IMG/VR virus record: IMGVR_UViG_3300032280_000442
Coordinates: 64,001-128,000 of that record
Length of the DNA stretch: 64,000 nucleotides
Reading direction: 5' to 3' (one strand)
Source: a virus
Taxonomy: Duplodnaviria > Caudoviricetes
The translations under genes were made by a program, and so were the position numbers. The notes below the pieces were generated by a model. That model was given only the letters and a program-made list of their open reading frames with translations. It ran no database searches and had not been told where the DNA came from. Each line of letters begins with the position of its first letter. Positions within the stretch are counted from its first letter, which is position 1. Below, in pieces: positions 58,424-64,000 of the stretch.

Positions 58424-58504
58424 CTGAATAATTTTAGTTAATTTATTTTTTATAATACTGTAAAAGTAATTTTTTTTACCCTATAGTAAATACTAACAAG
58501 GTTT

Positions 58505-58969
58505 TTAATGATTTAAATACTTATCTAATAATTTATAAATGGTAGTTATCATATCTAAATCAGATTTAGTAAATGACTTTTCATTATTAAATAAGTCAGT
58601 AAAAAAAAATCCTATGGAAGATTTAACTTTAGTATCTTTTTGATTATAAAACGTTTCATCAAAAAATGATTCAAAATAATCAAAGTGTTCTCCTTTTTTA
58701 TTAAACTTAATATTTTCTTTACTAAAATTATCAATAAGTTTGTTCCAACACCATTCAAAGTGATTTCTATCATCATCTTCAGTTAAAATGATTTTAGTTT
58801 CATTAATTTCACTTTCACCTAAATAAGTGTTAAATATAAGATTGTTAAGGGAATGCGTAAAATCAGAATATAATTCCAATTTTTCCGATATTATATTATT
58901 ACTTCGGAACCAAACGTCAACGTCTTCCCGTAATAAAGGTTTTGATATGTAGTTAAAAAAATTCTCCAT
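58505..58969 (-). CDS. hypothetical protein
   Basis: ORF. Confidence 0.8.
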   Translation of the reverse strand: MENFFNYISKPLLREDVDVWFRSNNIISEKLELYSDFTHSLNNLIFNTYLGESEINETKIILTEDDDRNHFEWCWNKLIDNFSKENIKFNKKGEHFDYFESFFDETFYNQKDTKVKSSIGFFFTDLFNNEKSFTKSDLDMITTIYKLLDKYLNH

Positions 58970-59015
58970 AGAGTTATCTATGGAGAAATAATAAGTTATA
59001 ATATTTTTTTGTAAA

Positions 59016-60311
59016 TTATTGAGTTTTTTGATTGTACCCCATTAAAGATTTTATTCTTTCAAACTCTTCGTTAATTTGTTTTGTTTTTTTATCTTCAATA
59101 GACTCTAATTTAATGTTTACACCTTTACCTTTTTCAGTCCCACTTTTTTCGTTAAAAACAGGTTGAGGTACTCTATTATAAGATTGGTCTTTTAATTTTT
59201 TAAGTGTATTTTTCTTTCTTAATTTATTAAATCTATCATTTGTTTTAGACTCTAAAGCATTCCCACCCGGTGCGTTACCCGTTTTTGAATCTCCTTTATA
59301 TAATTTTTCCATCCAATCTTCATTAAATTCAATAGCATCAGGTGTTGGTAAATTTAGACCTGCAATTTCATAATTAAAATCTTCTAAATCATCTGTCATT
59401 TGAAAAGCCTTTTTATCCATTTTCTCTAATTCACCATTACCTACCGGAAATATTTTTGGATTCATTTCATATTCACCTTTAGAACCATCTTTAAGGTAAT
59501 CTTTCATTTTTTTGGTAACATCCTTAATATAATCATTATTCTCTTTACCAGAACCGTTGTGAGCTTTTTTATAAACCTCTAAACCTCTTGGAGAACCACC
59601 CATACCTTTAATGTTATTTTTTTCCGCAGGGTCTTTAACAATTTTATTTTTTTGGTCTTTAACAATTTTCTCAATCAAACGAATCATTTCACTTTCAGTC
59701 AATCTATAAGACTCTTTAACAGAATATTTTTTACCATCAACCTCAAAAGAATCTTTACCTTCTTTTTTTGCCTTAGCTAAAGCTCCCGAAAATGCGTTAC
59801 CTTCTTGAGTTTCTTGTTCTTCCATACCGTGTTTTACAGATTTTTTCACACTTTTTTCTTTACGTAAAAGTTTAAAGTCTTCAGAATCAATCTTATTGTT
59901 TTTGTTTCTATCCAATCTTTTTTGACGGCCTTTTAACGCCTCATTAATGTTAACACCTTGACACATTTCTTTAGTAACAGGGTCTTCCTTACCAAAATTT
60001 TCTATATGGTATTTACAAGTTTTTTCTTTGTCTTCGTCAGTATCCTCAACATCAACTTCAATGTCGTCAATATATTCATTCTCACCAACGTAGTCGAATT
60101 CACCGTTAATATCCCCTTCATCGTGAATATCTTCTTCCATTTGACCACCACTATAACCACATTCATTACATTCACCTTCATACATAGTTCCACCACATTC
60201 GCATACATCACCTTTAATTTTAGAAACAAGACTATCTGCCTTTTCTTCTAAAGTTTCTTTTAGAATTTTAGATACTAAATTATCTAAATAAGTTGTATTT
60301 AATTTTTTCAT
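59016..60311 (-). CDS. modular protein with many [ILV]xE sites; candidate head core/internal protein
   Basis: ILKE leader, internal RLTESEMIRLIEKIV, C-terminal INEEFERIKSLMGY; EF-hand-like DRNKNNKIDSEDF. Confidence 0.75.
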   Translation of the reverse strand: MKKLNTTYLDNLVSKILKETLEEKADSLVSKIKGDVCECGGTMYEGECNECGYSGGQMEEDIHDEGDINGEFDYVGENEYIDDIEVDVEDTDEDKEKTCKYHIENFGKEDPVTKEMCQGVNINEALKGRQKRLDRNKNNKIDSEDFKLLRKEKSVKKSVKHGMEEQETQEGNAFSGALAKAKKEGKDSFEVDGKKYSVKESYRLTESEMIRLIEKIVKDQKNKIVKDPAEKNNIKGMGGSPRGLEVYKKAHNGSGKENNDYIKDVTKKMKDYLKDGSKGEYEMNPKIFPVGNGELEKMDKKAFQMTDDLEDFNYEIAGLNLPTPDAIEFNEDWMEKLYKGDSKTGNAPGGNALESKTNDRFNKLRKKNTLKKLKDQSYNRVPQPVFNEKSGTEKGKGVNIKLESIEDKKTKQINEEFERIKSLMGYNQKTQ

Positions 60312-60350
60312 TTTTAGTTTTTATTATAAATATATTAGTTTTTAACTTTA

Positions 60351-61217
60351 TTACTTTAAAAAGGTATTTTCATACTCATAAGCAATAATTGTTTTAATTA
60401 CATTCTCACTTATATTATGTCTCTGACTAATATTTTGAATAGCTTTCTTAACTTTTTCATTCTCAAATATTTTTAGAGCCTTTATGTCACCTTGATTACA
60501 ATATGGGAATTTTTGACATTTCTTTTTAACTTGAACAAATTTACCACCCGGTATTTGTGTTTTCTTTCTACCACCCCAATCTTTTTTATTGGTTGATTTA
60601 GCCCAAGCAGATGTTGTTTCGTATGAACCGGAAGACCCTGAACCCGTAGCTTCGGTAGCTTCAACTTTTTTAGTTTCACCACAAACACATTTAGATTTAA
60701 CTCTATCACAAGAATCGCAATATTCTTCATTCATTTCTTTTTTTGTTGCTGAGAACAATGGTCCTGAGTACCCACCCGCAGAACCTGAACCTGTAGATTC
60801 TTTATTTTCTTCTTTACCAACTCGTTTGTATCGACTTTTTTTAATAAACGGGTCCGACTGACTTACATTTGGTGTACCAAATTCATTATCTTTTTCTTTA
60901 AATTTTTTAAAATCAGAATCTTTTTGTAAATCTTTCTTAAATTGTGATTTAGCACTCTTATCTTCACCCATAATAGGTAATGATGAGGTTAATTTACCAA
61001 TTGGTTTATTAATCTTAGGTTTACCCACTAATTTATCAGCAATACCTTTTTTCATTGGTCGTTTAATTATTTTTAATTTTTTATTCTCAGGAATTTCATT
61101 TTTAAATTCATTTGCAGTAATTACCGCATCAATACCTCCTTGCGACACAACATTAGATTTTCCAATTTCTTCAGAATAAGCCTTTTTCAAATCAGCCCCA
61201 ATACTTTCTTTTAACAT
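60351..61217 (-). CDS. modular basic protein with two E|xTGSGS repeats
   Basis: NKE|STGSGSAGGY and ATE|ATGSGSSGSY. Confidence 0.8.
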   Translation of the reverse strand: MLKESIGADLKKAYSEEIGKSNVVSQGGIDAVITANEFKNEIPENKKLKIIKRPMKKGIADKLVGKPKINKPIGKLTSSLPIMGEDKSAKSQFKKDLQKDSDFKKFKEKDNEFGTPNVSQSDPFIKKSRYKRVGKEENKESTGSGSAGGYSGPLFSATKKEMNEEYCDSCDRVKSKCVCGETKKVEATEATGSGSSGSYETTSAWAKSTNKKDWGGRKKTQIPGGKFVQVKKKCQKFPYCNQGDIKALKIFENEKVKKAIQNISQRHNISENVIKTIIAYEYENTFLK

Positions 61218-61221
61218 AATC

Positions 61222-61467
61222 TTAAGCTTGTTTAAGTCTTGGTTCCCAATAACTTCTATTGGTCCACATAAATTGATAAAATTCTCGGAACATTCTTAAT
61301 GTAATGTCTTTAACATCACCTTCAAGTTTACCTCGTTTAATTTCTTTTGCTATTGTATCAATTAATTTATTTTCATACTGTTGTAAAGTAGAACTCCCCA
61401 GAAAATCTTTAATTTCTTTACGGATTAATGTTTCAATTTCTTTTTTATCTGTTGCTGATAATGCCAT
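61222..61467 (-). CDS. hypothetical protein (start MALSAT at 61467)
   Basis: TAATG coupling. Confidence 0.75.
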   Translation of the reverse strand: MALSATDKKEIETLIRKEIKDFLGSSTLQQYENKLIDTIAKEIKRGKLEGDVKDITLRMFREFYQFMWTNRSYWEPRLKQA

Positions 61468-61913
61468 TATTTTGTTAAAATAAGATATGTTGATGCGATA
61501 ATACCCGCATAAGTACCTACTTTCCATAAGAAAGTTTTAGTTCTCTGACCTTTAAGTTCTTTATGTAAACTGTTAGTTAATTCTTCTGAAATTTTTAATT
61601 GTTCATCTTTTTTACCTAACATAAAATTATTATTCTTATCTTTTTCTTCAAGAAGAACTATGTGAGAATCTTTTTCTTTTTCTCTCTCTTCAGTTTTGAT
61701 TAGTTTTTCCTGAGTCAATTTTAATTCAACTTCACAACCATCACCTTTAAGAATATCTTTAATTGCCAATTTAGCGACCGGAACTTTTAACCTAATCTTA
61801 GTGGTATCACTTTGAGTTGTTGGTATATTAGTTTTTTGATTTGTCGTATCTGTTTGTGAAAAACTGCTCAAGCTCGTTAGCAGTAAGAGTGTCAACACTA
61901 TTAACTTTTTCAT
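61467..61913 (-). CDS. signal peptide plus coiled coil plus C-terminal TM (spanin-like?)
   Basis: MKKLIVLTLLLLTSLSSFSQ; WKVGTYAGIIASTYLIL. Confidence 0.65.
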   Translation of the reverse strand: MKKLIVLTLLLLTSLSSFSQTDTTNQKTNIPTTQSDTTKIRLKVPVAKLAIKDILKGDGCEVELKLTQEKLIKTEEREKEKDSHIVLLEEKDKNNNFMLGKKDEQLKISEELTNSLHKELKGQRTKTFLWKVGTYAGIIASTYLILTK

Positions 61914-62187
61914 TTGTTTGTTTTTTAATTATTGTTATGTTATTGTCTATGTGATGAATTTCTTTTGTAATTTTAACCACATTACCTTTTACAGAATCAA
62001 TCTTAACGTCAATCCCTTCATTAATCGCTTTAGCAGAATCAATTTCTGTTTGAATTGATTCGATTTTCTTTTTATAACTATCAACATCAGTTTTAATTCC
62101 ATTGGTTGTAAAGATGTTCCATCCCGCCAATACAATAACGATTATCAATAATATATTCTGTTTATTATTACTTACAATATCTTTCAT
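61828..62187 (-). CDS. N-terminal TM plus coiled coil (i-spanin-like?)
   Basis: ILLIIVIVLAGW then heptads; overlaps next gene by 86 nt. Confidence 0.65.
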   Translation of the reverse strand: MKDIVSNNKQNILLIIVIVLAGWNIFTTNGIKTDVDSYKKKIESIQTEIDSAKAINEGIDVKIDSVKGNVVKITKEIHHIDNNITIIKKQTNEKVNSVDTLTANELEQFFTNRYDKSKN

Positions 62188-62801
62188 TATTCTTCTGTTT
62201 TAACTGTTTTTTTTCTTGAGGCTAAAACTCCAGCCCATTTTGATTTAAATTTTTCATAATAATTTTTTAATTTACCAATTAAATTTAAAAATTCATCATC
62301 AACTTTTAACATTTCACCATTAATATAAACACCATTTTCTTCACCTATTGAAAAGAAAAATTCAATATCAAATTCTATTAAAGTACCTGACCATTCAACA
62401 TTATTTGTGTATACGTTTAGTTTATTAAAATCCGCCATATCCGAAACATCGGCAACAAATTCATCCATAGTTTCTTGGAATGCAATTTTTTCATCTGTTG
62501 TTAATTCTAAATCTGTTTGGTTTTTACCGTGTAAAACTAATAATCCACCTGAAATTCGATAAACTTGTTTTTTATCGTCCTCAGATTCTTCTTCGTCATC
62601 TTCAGCAGTATCATAATCAATTTTATCTTTAACTGATTTTGTTACATTAATTTTTGAAGTGACATTGTTATCAGTTAAGTCAACACCTTGTTCTGTCAAT
62701 AATCCGTATTGTCTACGGATATCCTCATTAATAGTCTCATTATTTAATAATTTTCTTGAGGCTTCTAATAATTGTTTAATTTCATCGTGTGAATTGTTCA
62801 T
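62187..62801 (-). CDS. hypothetical protein with LLTEQ-type site
   Basis: ORF. Confidence 0.8.
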   Translation of the reverse strand: MNNSHDEIKQLLEASRKLLNNETINEDIRRQYGLLTEQGVDLTDNNVTSKINVTKSVKDKIDYDTAEDDEEESEDDKKQVYRISGGLLVLHGKNQTDLELTTDEKIAFQETMDEFVADVSDMADFNKLNVYTNNVEWSGTLIEFDIEFFFSIGEENGVYINGEMLKVDDEFLNLIGKLKNYYEKFKSKWAGVLASRKKTVKTEE

Positions 62802-63390
62802 TTTCTATATTTTTTAAAAGTTCATTAAATTCAAATGCAGGACTAACATCTGTATAATCAGTACTAAAATTACTTTTAGTTACAACTCCACAATATTTTT
62901 CAATCCTATTTATTTTTGTGTTATGTTCTATTATTTGTGGTTTGATATTACTAACTTCAAACAACTCTTTACATAATAACCCAAGATTTTTAATTTGAGT
63001 TTCAGTATATGGTTGCCAAAAAAAGTAATCTCTCCACTTCTTTTTAAACACCTCACCTTTATAAATATCCCCAATCCAGTTAATGTAATGGTCTGTTAGC
63101 GGTTCTTTTTGTAACCACCCTAAATTTTCTAACGATATAATAATTGAATTACGATTTATATTGGGGTCTTTGAAGTATTCCGAGTGTTCGGTGTTTCCCA
63201 ATAATTGTATAATTTTACCCTCCCGAGTAATAATGTAGTTAGGAATCCTTTTAAAACCCCCATTAAAACGAAACTTCAACGACTGAAGGTAGTCGTTGAT
63301 ATTTCGTGATGTGTGTGTAAGTATGATTTGGTGTTTCTTCTTTTGTTTTCCAACAGGTTTAAATTCACCATAATTAATAATATCTATCAT
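62782..63390 (-). CDS. N-acetylmuramoyl-L-alanine amidase-like protein (Zn ligands look degenerate)
   Basis: IILTHT, NYIITREGKIIQL, NRNSIIISLEN, YTETQIKNL, TDVSP. Confidence 0.7.
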   Translation of the reverse strand: MIDIINYGEFKPVGKQKKKHQIILTHTSRNINDYLQSLKFRFNGGFKRIPNYIITREGKIIQLLGNTEHSEYFKDPNINRNSIIISLENLGWLQKEPLTDHYINWIGDIYKGEVFKKKWRDYFFWQPYTETQIKNLGLLCKELFEVSNIKPQIIEHNTKINRIEKYCGVVTKSNFSTDYTDVSPAFEFNELLKNIENEQFTR

Positions 63391-63408
63391 TCTTCATAGA
63401 TTATAATT

Positions 63409-64000
63409 TTATGATAGTGTTTTAGTATAATTTAACCTAATTGTTGTTGGTTTTTCTTCTATAATCTCTTCCTCAATATCTCCAAATTCTTCATCAAAAT
63501 AATCTTCTTCATCTACTGATTCAGATTGATACACAGGAACCTCAACTATTTTTTCCACAATTTTTTCAACAATTACTTCAACCGGAACCTCAACTATTTT
63601 TTCAACAATTACTTCTTCAATTACCGGAACCTCAACAACAACTTCTTTAATAATCTCTTTTTCCACAATAACTTCTTTAATAACCTCTTTTACCTCAAGA
63701 TTACCTTTTTTTCCATCATCGTATTTTGTGAAGAAATGTAATGATGTTAATGAAATTACCGGAAGTAAACCACCTTCTAAGAACGCTAACCATCTTTTCA
63801 TTGCAATTACATCATTACCCTTTGAACCCAACATCTCCCAAACAGGTCCGGTTAGTTCCATCCAAGATTTAAATAATTCACCTGTTTCATCAATTTCTTT
63901 ATAACAGAAAAAGATATTACCAATCATTTGAATAAAGGTAATTAATCCAAACATAAACCATACTCCACCTTTAATTTTGTTGGTTGCAGCAACCAATGCA
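63409..64000 (-). CDS. multi-TM membrane protein with V(I/P)VE(K/V) repeats, 5' truncated by window edge
   Basis: TM helices; EVIVEKIVEVPV repeats. Confidence 0.8.
   Translation of the reverse strand, partial: ALVAATNKIKGGVWFMFGLITFIQMIGNIFFCYKEIDETGELFKSWMELTGPVWEMLGSKGNDVIAMKRWLAFLEGGLLPVISLTSLHFFTKYDDGKKGNLEVKEVIKEVIVEKEIIKEVVVEVPVIEEVIVEKIVEVPVEVIVEKIVEKIVEVPVYQSESVDEEDYFDEEFGDIEEEIIEEKPTTIRLNYTKTLS

Noticed and set aside
63500-63700. Tandem nucleotide repeat as a separate element
   Set aside because: Explained by the coding EVIVEKIVEVPV low-complexity repeat.
57-63741. Antisense or nested ORFs in the track (e.g. 57..392, 3895..4158, 5801..6316, 10027..10446, 29183..29437, 43549..43920, 52090..52614, 63526..63741)
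   Set aside because: Shadow frames of well-supported genes with Ser/Phe/His-biased composition and no promoter or start context.
1-64000. CRISPR array, tRNA or rRNA genes
   Set aside because: No regularly spaced repeat-spacer run and no cloverleaf with T-loop/anticodon arms recognised; the repeats found are dispersed 2-3-copy units.
1-64000. Stop-codon recoding
   Set aside because: Conserved genes are full length in code 11, and TAG and TGA both end genes at operon junctions.

Overview
AT-rich, gene-dense segment of a large (jumbo-type) dsDNA phage genome in the standard genetic code. The host is inferred to be Bacteroidota, from many TTTG-N19/20-TAnnTTTG promoters, no obvious Shine-Dalgarno sites, and Bacteroidota-type lipoprotein and Hc1-like genes. 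No capsid, terminase, polymerase, tRNA or CRISPR array was recognised. Recognisable genes: nitroreductase, pterin-4a-carbinolamine dehydratase, flavodoxin-like reductase, ParB-like protein, GT2 glycosyltransferase plus LpxH-like phosphoesterase, NucA-type nuclease, NUDIX, DUF192, DHH, LysM, two DNA methyltransferases, GIY-YIG and LAGLIDADG homing endonucleases, thioredoxin and glutaredoxin, an LRR protein, DnaJ, an amidase-like protein and a possible lysis cluster. Main observations: (1) about 40 otherwise unrelated ORFs carry one of a few interchangeable N-terminal leaders ending in [ILV]-x-E, sit behind a distinct TATTTAT motif, and reuse the same site internally to join small modules into polyproteins; this is inferred to be a capsid-targeting/prohead-protease cargo system. 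(2) A ~185-nt non-coding RNA candidate with a 20-bp 5'/3' closing stem and seven ~7-nt repeats lies downstream of a DIP1984-like coiled-coil gene. (3) A G-run/A-tract non-coding region at ~7.2-9.4 kb, where the synonymous strand skew flips, is an origin or genome-end candidate. (4) Several single-gene cassettes are bounded by duplicated terminators. All family calls were made by eye from motifs; no searches were run.
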